Of a DNA stretch of 64,000 nt, positions 7,349 to 15,478 are shown piece by piece (the stretch's first letter is position 1; each line of letters opens with the position of its first letter). The stretch comes from a phage. Position numbers and translations under genes: made by a program. The stretch lies in the NCBI GenBank assembly GCA_011939005.1, contig GCA_011939005.1_4858.1. One strand, written 5' to 3'. A model generated the notes under the pieces. The model was given only the letters and a program-made list of their open reading frames with translations, searched no databases and was not told the DNA's origin.

Positions 7349-9848
7349 ATTTGATTATTACCCCTTCGTTATACACCGGTGGAAGCGTTACACCTTCTGG
7401 TTCCACGACACAGTAGGTGGCTTCGTTAAGTTTAGAATGAACTTCCGCTTCATGCGAAACGACCAGCAATTGAGAAAACTCTCCCGACAACGCCAACGAT
7501 TTAATGAAGTTAACTAATCGGTTTTTGTGTTCTTCATCCATGCCTTCAGATGGTTCATCCAATAACAAAGGATAATTTTGTAAACCAAGTGCTTTATACG
7601 CCGTTAAACGAAACATCATGTTGAAAATGATACGCTGTGCTTTTGAACCTTTCTTCACGTCAGGCACCAGTTCTTCATGGTCTTTTAATCGCACTGGGAA
7701 TGTATAATCCAAATCCCCGTCGGTTAGATCGCATGGAATAACCTGCATCGGATATGCCCACACCATTTCGATATACCGATTCATTAAATCCATGATGCGG
7801 GTAATCGCAGCATAAAAGTAACGACGCAATAATCCTTTTTCGGGTGAGACGGCATTGATAATCAATCTGGCATGATGGTGTTCTTTGAGCAACTCAGCTT
7901 GCTCTTTTTCCAGTTCCGCTAAACGTGCAATAGCCCCTTCCATTTGACGAAACCGTTCACGAGCTGAAGTATACGCATCGAGCTTCGCTTCGCGTCGGTT
8001 TAACAACTCGCGAACCACGACGTTGTTAACGGAGATGTTCATTTCCGATACCAGATGTTCGTAGCCCTTTTGGAAACGTTCGATTGCTTCTTTGGTTTGT
8101 TGCAGTTGGGTGGTTTCGCGTTCCAGCTCATTGGCTTGTCTGCGGTATTCTATCAGTCGTCGGTTAGCCCCGTCCAGTTGTGAACGGATATGTTCAATTT
8201 TCTGGCTCAGCGCACCATCAACGTTACCTACTGCAGCAACAGCCTCTTGCCATTCCCGTTCCGCTGTTGCAAGCTTCGCCGATTGACGCAGATACATCAT
8301 GGCCGAATCTAACTCTTCAGTAAAGGCACGTGCAATGGCACCGTAACGATCCCGCGCCGTGGTGAAGATATCCAGCTCCTGCAGTTTACGGAAAAACAAA
8401 CCGATAACGGGATGATTGGAATACGACATGACGATTTCGCGAATCGTACGTAAGCTACGGACGTCCTCTTCAATCTCTTTGCGGTCACGCAAAAGACTAT
8501 CCATTTCGTCTTTCAGCTGTTTTTTCCAACCTTCATTATCGTTGATGGCCTTTTCAATTTCAGGTAACGACTTACGAATCCCAGGACGGAAACGGTGGTT
8601 ACACTGTGGACAATCAACTTCTGCAGTTTCTAAGAAGTGTTGACGGTCGTGGTATAAACCGTGTAGCACATTCTCACAACGTTGCAACTTTTCAGATAGA
8701 CCCGCAGAGGTTAAATCCATACCCTGTAAACGCTTCTCTAACGCTCCCAGGCGCTCTGTTGTCTTTAACTGGTCCAGATGCATGGACAACGGTAAATTCC
8801 AGTTACAGGCGTCGTTTAACGCGTTCTGAATGCTATCCACGTCGATGCGGGTACCTTCAAACAGAGCCGGGAACATCCAGTTCTGTTGGAATGTTGCCAG
8901 TTCCTGTTTTAAGCTGTCGATTGTTTGTTTTAGACCGGTATGGTTGCGCATCAGATACGCTTGACGCGACTCCTCATCCAGTAGCTGTGACAACTCTTTA
9001 TTGTACATGTTGCATTCAGTTTCAGCAGAGGCAGCTTGCTCGCGCCAGGCAACCACACGACTTTGAAACTCGTTAATCAGTTCGTCAGAAGGCAGAACGC
9101 CATAACGTTCCATAATGAGTTTTACAGCCGGTTGCAACGAAGCAATGCGTTTCCGGATACTATCAACCGAAACGGCGTTATCTAAACCGGGTCTCGCTTC
9201 AATGGTGCGGTTTAGTTCCTGAAGCTCAACGTCCAGTTCTTTCAAACGAACTTCCAAACGTGCACGATCTTCTTCATCGTCAACGACGCGCATTTTTGCT
9301 TCGCCGATTTTTCGTCCGGTGTGCTCAATGGCCCCACTTAAACTGGAAGCGAGTTTACGCAGACGACGATAACAACCAACAACGTACGTCAGATCAGATT
9401 CTGACATTAACGTAAACCATTTACGACGAACTTCAGTGGTGGCGTCTGTTAATAAGGTCTCACCATTAATTAACTCTTTGATTTCTTTGGTGATTCCGGT
9501 TAATTGCTCCACCATGGAGTTGTAAACTTTAGCGTTTACTGAATCTACGATGGAAACACCTTTAGTGATGTTGAAGATACTACAAGACAAAGAAGACCCA
9601 CGTCGCAGGACTTCAAACTTAAGACGGTCGTCCCCAACTAACGCGTAGTTAGTGTAGGAACCACCTTCACGGAATTCTGATTTTGCTGGAGCTAAGGGGA
9701 GAAAAACAGATAGGAGGCTTGTTTTACCGCAGCCGTTGCCACCGAGGATGATGGTAACGGTTGACTTAAGGGTGAAATCAAACGTTTCGATTTCATGTAA
9801 CCCCATGCCGGTAAATCCTTTCAAAATGATACGTTCGACCTTGAGCAT
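7338..9848 (-). CDS. SbcC/Rad50-like recombination ATPase (T4 gp46-like architecture)
   Basis: N-terminal Walker A GGNGCGKTS; long coiled-coil middle; CPQC zinc-hook-like motif; C-terminal Walker B LLLDEP. Confidence 0.8.
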   Translation of the reverse strand: MLKVERIILKGFTGMGLHEIETFDFTLKSTVTIILGGNGCGKTSLLSVFLPLAPAKSEFREGGSYTNYALVGDDRLKFEVLRRGSSLSCSIFNITKGVSIVDSVNAKVYNSMVEQLTGITKEIKELINGETLLTDATTEVRRKWFTLMSESDLTYVVGCYRRLRKLASSLSGAIEHTGRKIGEAKMRVVDDEEDRARLEVRLKELDVELQELNRTIEARPGLDNAVSVDSIRKRIASLQPAVKLIMERYGVLPSDELINEFQSRVVAWREQAASAETECNMYNKELSQLLDEESRQAYLMRNHTGLKQTIDSLKQELATFQQNWMFPALFEGTRIDVDSIQNALNDACNWNLPLSMHLDQLKTTERLGALEKRLQGMDLTSAGLSEKLQRCENVLHGLYHDRQHFLETAEVDCPQCNHRFRPGIRKSLPEIEKAINDNEGWKKQLKDEMDSLLRDRKEIEEDVRSLRTIREIVMSYSNHPVIGLFFRKLQELDIFTTARDRYGAIARAFTEELDSAMMYLRQSAKLATAEREWQEAVAAVGNVDGALSQKIEHIRSQLDGANRRLIEYRRQANELERETTQLQQTKEAIERFQKGYEHLVSEMNISVNNVVVRELLNRREAKLDAYTSARERFRQMEGAIARLAELEKEQAELLKEHHHARLIINAVSPEKGLLRRYFYAAITRIMDLMNRYIEMVWAYPMQVIPCDLTDGDLDYTFPVRLKDHEELVPDVKKGSKAQRIIFNMMFRLTAYKALGLQNYPLLLDEPSEGMDEEHKNRLVNFIKSLALSGEFSQLLVVSHEAEVHSKLNEATYCVVEPEGVTLPPVYNEGVIIKYAS

Positions 9849-9901
9849 GTTTGCCTTCTAATGAGAAAGTATTAGTCGTTCATATCCAAAAGGTCATGCG
9901 T

Positions 9902-9933
9902 AAAAAAGAAGAAATGGAACCCCGAAGGGTTCC
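9902..9933 (-). terminator. rho-independent terminator
   Basis: Hairpin ggaacc-ccgaa-gggttcc followed by T-run on minus strand. Confidence 0.6.
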
Positions 9934-9944
9934 AGAGAGGAGAG

Positions 9945-10571
9945 TTACTGCGGAATAAACTTACGGTGTCCGAGCGATTCCCAAAAACTGTCGGTGCGCT
10001 CTTTGGTTAATTCATACCACGCACGCCCGGCATCAGAATCGACAACCTTTAACGTTTCAGTAAGCAGGAATTTGAACAGTTCAGCGCTACGACCGGGTGC
10101 CACGCCGTCGAGATATATCGGGATTAAATAACCGGTTTTGATTTCTTCGTACGGTTGCGATTGGTGCTGGCCAACAACCCAGGCATCAGCAGCGCTACCG
10201 ACCAATGTGGTGTTTACAGTTAACTCATCAGAAATCCAGTTAACTGTATCAGCCATTATTGAATCGCCATTGACGTAGAAGAAAACTAAACGTTTAGGTT
10301 GCTCCACCGAACCAGCCAAATCTAATGCAGTAGTTCCGGTGAAGATCGTATTATTGGGATTACGTTCTGCAATAGGTAGAGCAAACCACGCTTCGAGCTG
10401 CCCCCAGCTACGCGGCAGTGCTTCTTTAAACCACTTCACCAATCGCGGGTATTCCAGAAACCCTTCTACCTCTTCTTCCATCAGATTGATACGCAGTTTG
10501 GTATCCTGACGATTCGCTTTCTGACACGTCACCATGTCGTCGATGAAACGAATCAGGGTAATCTCGTTCAT
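9945..10571 (-). CDS. hypothetical protein (208 aa)
   Basis: ATG with AAGGAT RBS; no Mre11-type phosphoesterase motifs. Confidence 0.65.
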   Translation of the reverse strand: MNEITLIRFIDDMVTCQKANRQDTKLRINLMEEEVEGFLEYPRLVKWFKEALPRSWGQLEAWFALPIAERNPNNTIFTGTTALDLAGSVEQPKRLVFFYVNGDSIMADTVNWISDELTVNTTLVGSAADAWVVGQHQSQPYEEIKTGYLIPIYLDGVAPGRSAELFKFLLTETLKVVDSDAGRAWYELTKERTDSFWESLGHRKFIPQ

Positions 10572-10587
10572 GTTTAATCCTTCTTCA

Positions 10588-10617
10588 ACAAAAAAAGAAG
10601 GTAGCCCGTAGGCTACC
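10588..10617 (-). terminator. rho-independent terminator
   Basis: Hairpin ggtagcc-cgta-ggctacc with T-run on minus strand. Confidence 0.6.
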
Positions 10618-10625
10618 TCTCGTAT

Positions 10626-11126
10626 TTACAGCCCCATATGCATAAGGGAAATGATTGGGACCTTACGGCCACGAATCATTGCATACGGTTCGTACATTTG
10701 TGCGTTAGTTTCGAATAACTCACAGGCCGGAATACGGTCACCGGTAGAGAGTTGTAAGACCTCAATTTGGTCGCCCCAGAAGTTATTCACTAATACGTGG
10801 TCGACAGTGTTGTCTTCACGACCTTCAGGGGTTTTGCAATAAGTGGCTGCATCGTACCAACCTTTGCGGTATACTTCATATCCCGCATGAAGCATCCGGT
10901 AGTACGGACGTAGCTGTGGGGCATTCAACGCAGCATCTAACCATTCGCTGTGGATGCTGTTAATCAGTACGGTTGCTTCTGCTGGCCAGTCGGTGCGATT
11001 GAGGGTTAACTCGCCTAACAACTTCAACTTCCAACCAGTAGAAAGAATAGCACGGGTACGTTCAGGGTTAACGTTCATCTGAGTAAAGAAAGAAGAACGG
11101 GTATCGTCGAGAATGTTCATGTTCAT
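10626..11126 (-). CDS. hypothetical protein (166 aa)
   Basis: ATG at 11126 with AAGGAT RBS; track start 11192 is GTG inside the terminator hairpin. Confidence 0.6.
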   Translation of the reverse strand: MNMNILDDTRSSFFTQMNVNPERTRAILSTGWKLKLLGELTLNRTDWPAEATVLINSIHSEWLDAALNAPQLRPYYRMLHAGYEVYRKGWYDAATYCKTPEGREDNTVDHVLVNNFWGDQIEVLQLSTGDRIPACELFETNAQMYEPYAMIRGRKVPIISLMHMGL

Positions 11127-11155
11127 TTGCTTAATCCTTACGGGTAATAGTCGAT

Positions 11156-11230
11156 TAAAAAGGACCCTGCGGCTAAGTGTTGGGGAGATCACCGCAGGGC
11201 CAAAGTGAGATGGGTCGTCATCTCACGTTA
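11156..11230 (-). terminator. rho-independent terminator (compound hairpins)
   Basis: Stems ccctgcgg/ccgcaggg and gtgagatg/catctcac followed by T-run on minus strand, downstream of gene 11256..11639. Confidence 0.5.
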
Positions 11231-11255
11231 TAACATCTGTCTGAAAACTTTTCGG

Positions 11256-11639
11256 TTACTGGTCGAGCGCTATTGAACCACGCACTTCGCCTTGTTGTTC
11301 AATAACCAGGAGGCGCTGTTTGGTTTTCGTATTGTAAGCGAGCGACGCGCGAAGCGTCGGGTCGCACGTTATTGTCTCTACCGGCACAATCTCTTGTGCC
11401 TTTGAGTTCAACAGAAAGTAGTAACCTGCCGGACAAGTTTCCTCGCCCTTTGCGTGGACTAGGATGTACTCGTCGTGCCGGCTGACTTCTTCACATCTAC
11501 CATCGTCGCCAGTACAGACTTCGAATGAAGGCGGGTTGTACTGATACGGTGTGCCCGGCAGTAAATCTTCTACGCTGGTTGTAGCTGAAGCGGAAGCGGT
11601 CAAGAACACCGCCGCGATAATACCCATAAATCCACGCAT
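11256..11639 (-). CDS. small secreted Cys-containing protein (127 aa)
   Basis: ATG with AAGGAA RBS; signal-peptide-like N-terminus MRGFMGIIAAVFLTASASA; four Cys. Confidence 0.6.
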   Translation of the reverse strand: MRGFMGIIAAVFLTASASATTSVEDLLPGTPYQYNPPSFEVCTGDDGRCEEVSRHDEYILVHAKGEETCPAGYYFLLNSKAQEIVPVETITCDPTLRASLAYNTKTKQRLLVIEQQGEVRGSIALDQ

Positions 11640-11652
11640 GTTGTTTCCTTAC

Positions 11653-12063
11653 TTAAAAGTCGAGTTTATTGATGCCTACGTTTTTCTTAATCGTAGGGTC
11701 GTACATGATAACCGTCAGGGCATTGTCGCCTGGGTCGCGAGTAAACTCGGCAACGGCTTCACCACTGCAGGCTTGGTTATCATTATAGTTCATGGATTCG
11801 GCTTGCCCGGTTGCCATGTTAATAACCCCGTATTCAGGGTCGCCACATGCGACACCGCCCATCGTTTTCACTAACAGGTAACGGTTGTTATCGGACATCG
11901 CAACGATCTGGCAGCTACCGCCTTGTACGTCAGAGTTCTGGCACCAGAACTGTCCGCCGTATTCGTGATCGTTAACAACTTTTGGTAACTCGATACTTCC
12001 AGCGCGAGCGAAGAAGCTAATGGCCAGAGTAGCAAGTAAAACTGGTAATAAAAAATGTTTCAT
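11653..12063 (-). CDS. small secreted Cys-containing protein (136 aa)
   Basis: ATG with GAGGTG RBS; signal-peptide-like N-terminus MKHFLLPVLLATLAISFFARAGS. Confidence 0.6.
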   Translation of the reverse strand: MKHFLLPVLLATLAISFFARAGSIELPKVVNDHEYGGQFWCQNSDVQGGSCQIVAMSDNNRYLLVKTMGGVACGDPEYGVINMATGQAESMNYNDNQACSGEAVAEFTRDPGDNALTVIMYDPTIKKNVGINKLDF

Positions 12064-12085
12064 AATAGCACCTCAATTTTTTGAG

Positions 12086-12577
12086 TTATTCTGAATAGTC
12101 GATTGTTTTGATGGTTTCCATACCGTAGTACATAGCGATGGAGGCCAGAGTTTTGGTATCAGGTCGCTGTACAAAACCGGCCCTGAAATCTTTGCTGCAA
12201 ATTTTCTCCACTGATAGTTCATCACGATTAGGGATAAGCCATAACGCGTCACCGTTGTGACGGTCGACTGCACCCCACCAACCACCTGGGCAATCTTTAT
12301 CGCCCGGACGGTGTACGATAGCGACACGTCCGTTGAAGGATATGTCAACTACACGACACTGTTTCTTAAGCAGCTTACGCGCATTGCACCAGAACGGCTT
12401 ATCATTAAGATTGATGGTGCGGGTATATGCTGGAATGCTGCCGTTAATACTGCCCTGGAACCCGCTGAATTCGTCAGCGCGTGCCTTAGAAATCCGTAGC
12501 CCAACAACAACTGCCATCAACAGCACAGTAAAAAGCACCACCTTAATCAGGTGGTGATTAACGTTATTGCATTTCAT
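12086..12577 (-). CDS. exported or membrane-anchored protein (163 aa)
   Basis: ATG at 12577 with GGAGA RBS; N-terminal hydrophobic stretch LIKVVLFTVLLMAVVVGL. Confidence 0.55.
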   Translation of the reverse strand: MKCNNVNHHLIKVVLFTVLLMAVVVGLRISKARADEFSGFQGSINGSIPAYTRTINLNDKPFWCNARKLLKKQCRVVDISFNGRVAIVHRPGDKDCPGGWWGAVDRHNGDALWLIPNRDELSVEKICSKDFRAGFVQRPDTKTLASIAMYYGMETIKTIDYSE

Positions 12578-12965
12578 TTTTGATATCTCCACGAATGAGG
12601 GTGATGCGACCAACGAGCACATCGTTGTGATAAAAACTCACAGCAACCAGATCTGGCAATTCCAACGGCGATACGCTGACCGAAGTGACTTTTGGTTGAT
12701 CGCACGATATGTCGATTAATCGCTGATACATTTTCAGTTTCTTATCAGCGATAACCAGCCCTGTGCAGTTCTTACCATCCGTCAGTTTGTAGATTTGTAA
12801 CTGTTCGACCTCACGCATCAGTTCCGGTTTTTCATTCGGTGCAATGCCATAATCCGAATCAGCTGATGTGTATTCAGTCACGTCTGGCTTATCGAAAGCA
12901 TAAGTTGCTGCGATACCACATGCGGCCAGAACTACTACTGCTTGTAAGAACTTCTTGATAGTCAT
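12564..12965 (-). CDS. putative lipoprotein (133 aa)
   Basis: N-terminus MTIKKFLQAVVVLAACG with lipobox-like LAAC. Confidence 0.55.
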   Translation of the reverse strand: MTIKKFLQAVVVLAACGIAATYAFDKPDVTEYTSADSDYGIAPNEKPELMREVEQLQIYKLTDGKNCTGLVIADKKLKMYQRLIDISCDQPKVTSVSVSPLELPDLVAVSFYHNDVLVGRITLIRGDIKNEMQ

Positions 12966-12990
12966 GTTTTACTCTATAGTCGATTGGTTT

Positions 12991-13019
12991 AAAAAAGAAT
13001 AGGCTACCCGGAGGTAGCC
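12991..13019 (-). terminator. rho-independent terminator
   Basis: Hairpin ggctacc-cgga-ggtagcc followed by T-run on minus strand. Confidence 0.6.
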
Positions 13020-13022
13020 ATT

Positions 13023-13063
13023 GAGTTAATCTCTTAACTCTCACCTAAGTAATATATATCTGA
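13023..13063 (-). promoter_or_regulatory. conserved element copy 1: palindrome gagttaa-N4-ttaactc plus shared 30-mer
   Basis: 30-mer ttaactctcacctaagtaatatatatctga at 13034-13063 is identical to 61077-61106; both carry the same upstream inverted repeat. Confidence 0.4.
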
Positions 13064-13069
13064 GATATT

Positions 13070-13657
13070 TTACAATGTGAACGTTGTGTTAAGAATACGA
13101 AAACCCAATGCTCGCTTAGCGATTTGCATATTTGCAGGCGTGAAGTCCACCAGTTTGATTTGAACGATCGATAAATCGTAAAGCTTGTGAAGCACTTCGA
13201 TTTTGTGTCGCCAATCTGTTTTTTGGTGCAGCTCTATCGTCGTTGGTATCTCGCCTAGTCTCGGCAACTGTGCTCCAAGTAAACGATGATGGACTTTACC
13301 GTTTATAGTTGGGGTGCCTTCCGTGACCATCAGTCGCGCATCGATGTAGTTATTTCGCTTAGCGTACTCCATAAAAGTTTTGACATTTATCTTTTCCTCG
13401 TATAGAATGCTGCGAAAGTATTCGTAAATGATGTGTCCTGCCTCCCTACCGCTTTCCGAGTCCGGAATAACCTTATCGATGAAAATCGCAGAGACCACTT
13501 CGTTCCCACGCGAATGCATTGTAATGACCCTGTCCCCGTGCTGCGCAGAAGTTATTAACCCACTTACATCAAGCCCCACTGGGAACAAGCCGCGACTACG
13601 CATTACGTGCAGGTCTTCTAACCTGTTCTCTTGCAGTCGTAAAATACGTTCTGTCAT
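13070..13657 (-). CDS. hypothetical protein (195 aa)
   Basis: ATG at 13657 with GAGGTG RBS (track start 13666 is GTG). Confidence 0.6.
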   Translation of the reverse strand: MTERILRLQENRLEDLHVMRSRGLFPVGLDVSGLITSAQHGDRVITMHSRGNEVVSAIFIDKVIPDSESGREAGHIIYEYFRSILYEEKINVKTFMEYAKRNNYIDARLMVTEGTPTINGKVHHRLLGAQLPRLGEIPTTIELHQKTDWRHKIEVLHKLYDLSIVQIKLVDFTPANMQIAKRALGFRILNTTFTL

Positions 13658-13690
13658 ATACCACACCTCAAATTAATTTGAGTTAAGTGT

Positions 13691-13731
13691 AAAAAATAAG
13701 AGGACTCCAGTAACCCTCGTGGTTACTGGAG
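13691..13731 (-). terminator. rho-independent terminator
   Basis: Hairpin ctccagtaacc-ctcgt-ggttactggag followed by T-run on minus strand. Confidence 0.6.
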
Positions 13732-13736
13732 ATAAA

Positions 13737-14267
13737 CTACACACTCAACGTTTCGATGAAAGTGATGCGCGCTGGGTGAAATGTGTGATAAGCAGTCACC
13801 GGCGTGTGCGGGCCTTCGGCTGCGTGTATTGCGCCATCGTATCCGCTCAACAACAGATGGTCATATATCCCACTGCAGTTATACGCCACCGATGCCCACA
13901 GAGGTAACTTGTCAAACTCTTTAGGGTGTTGGTGATAAATTTCCATTAAACCCTTTTCAGGATGACGCTCTTGGATACGCACCCACTCATTCGTTTTAGT
14001 GAGCAGCCTCCCTTTCTTCTGTGCCACTGTCTGGTATTGATGCGGGGAAAGAATATCGCGGAAATTACCCATGTCGACAAATGGGTCGGTTGGATCGTTG
14101 ATAAACGGATTGGTGATTTCCAAAGAAACGTGGTTGATTAGCCAGCTGGGATTCGCTTTAACGATTTCGGCAGGCACATCGATGTCTTTATAAACAACCT
14201 GTGAACGCGACAGGTTGGCTTCAGCAAAAGGTTTATCAGTAACAACGTAGCCTTCGAGTTTCATCAT
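13737..14267 (-). CDS. hypothetical protein (176 aa)
   Basis: ATG with AAGGAG RBS; ATGA-type overlap with upstream gene. Confidence 0.6.
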   Translation of the reverse strand: MMKLEGYVVTDKPFAEANLSRSQVVYKDIDVPAEIVKANPSWLINHVSLEITNPFINDPTDPFVDMGNFRDILSPHQYQTVAQKKGRLLTKTNEWVRIQERHPEKGLMEIYHQHPKEFDKLPLWASVAYNCSGIYDHLLLSGYDGAIHAAEGPHTPVTAYHTFHPARITFIETLSV

Positions 14268-14827
14268 AAAGCTCCTTTAAAGTGGTATGTTAAGCTTTCT
14301 ACGAGATGGCAGGTTTGGCTTTCAAAGAAGTGTAAAATGGGCTCAATGGGCACACCGCCGAGATTATAGACGATTACGTCCTGCTTTAATCCGGCATCGA
14401 CTTCGCTAAGAAACGATTCGGTTGCGAGTTCACTCTCTGACGAGGAAAGGGTAATCGTTGTTTCCCCATCGTCGCTACTACCAGACGCATCCTGTAAACG
14501 CAAAACGGTCGGTACGGTTTTACTGATACGAATATCTGGCGGGAGTGTAACCTCCAGTAGCGGTGTACGGACTTTACGCGCAAGATAGTTGGTGAATAGA
14601 TTGGGATCAAGCTCACTGACGCCACAGCAAATGCAGTTCAGTAAGGTCGACAAGCTTGTCGTTTTGCGTTCAAATATCCCCTTGATCTGTTTGGCCTTAT
14701 CGCTATAAAGGAACACCAACAGCTGGTCGGGGTTATCCGGTAAATCACTTTCAACTCCTTCCCACTCCGGATCGTTGCGGATGTGCTCTTGCCAGATATC
14801 GTTTCGAATTTCTAGTAAACGGAACAT
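14264..14827 (-). CDS. hypothetical protein (187 aa)
   Basis: ATG with AAGGTG RBS. Confidence 0.6.
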   Translation of the reverse strand: MFRLLEIRNDIWQEHIRNDPEWEGVESDLPDNPDQLLVFLYSDKAKQIKGIFERKTTSLSTLLNCICCGVSELDPNLFTNYLARKVRTPLLEVTLPPDIRISKTVPTVLRLQDASGSSDDGETTITLSSSESELATESFLSEVDAGLKQDVIVYNLGGVPIEPILHFFESQTCHLVESLTYHFKGAL

Positions 14828-14836
14828 ACACTCACC

Positions 14837-15418
14837 TTACGCAATGTAAATACCACGGTGGTTACGGAAACCGTGTTCTTCGGTAAGGTAGCGCGCATAG
14901 GTGTGCTCGACGGATGGGGTGTAGCAAACCAGATGCAATTCCTGACCTTCAGCTAGGCCCGGTAACATGACGTTTAGCCAATCCATCCCGCCGTTCTGCT
15001 GTAACGTATCTTGCGACAGCGTTAGTGGCTGAACAATATGCGCTGGGTTACTGTCGTCTTCGCTTTTCGTAAAACGAAGAATAGCCGGACGGGAACCATC
15101 TACTAGTACCGTGCGTGGTAAGTCAAAAGCAACCACCTTCGCTTTCTGTTCGTAGGATGATTTATAACGACGTAACAGTCCAATATCGGTATCTAGTACG
15201 GTAGCCATCACGTTATACAACATCACTAGACGGGCGTCGTTATCGATGGTGACGTGTTTTACGAACACCATCATCGGAATACCTTCGCGTTGGAATACCA
15301 CGAAGTCTGCTTCTTTGTATTTCTCGCAACCTTCTACTACCCGTGGGGCTTTCACGCGATAGCGGCGGGTCAGTTCTTCGTAGTTCATTTCATGTTGTTC
15401 AATAATTGGTTGTGGCAT
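14837..15418 (-). CDS. hypothetical protein (193 aa)
   Basis: ATG start, weak RBS. Confidence 0.6.
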   Translation of the reverse strand: MPQPIIEQHEMNYEELTRRYRVKAPRVVEGCEKYKEADFVVFQREGIPMMVFVKHVTIDNDARLVMLYNVMATVLDTDIGLLRRYKSSYEQKAKVVAFDLPRTVLVDGSRPAILRFTKSEDDSNPAHIVQPLTLSQDTLQQNGGMDWLNVMLPGLAEGQELHLVCYTPSVEHTYARYLTEEHGFRNHRGIYIA

Positions 15419-15440
15419 GGTTAAATACTCTTTACGGTTA

Positions 15441-15469
15441 AAAAATAAGAAGGGGGTACAAGACCCCCG
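15441..15469 (-). terminator. rho-independent terminator
   Basis: Hairpin gggggt-acaa-gaccccc with T-run on minus strand. Confidence 0.6.
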
Positions 15470-15478
15470 ATGGCGAGA

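Noticed and set aside
8092-9076. Plus-strand ORFs inside and antisense to the SbcC-like gene (8092..8286, 8416..8643, 8606..9076)
   Set aside because: Fully embedded in a long, motif-supported minus-strand CDS; no RBS; Ser/Arg-rich translations typical of antisense frames.
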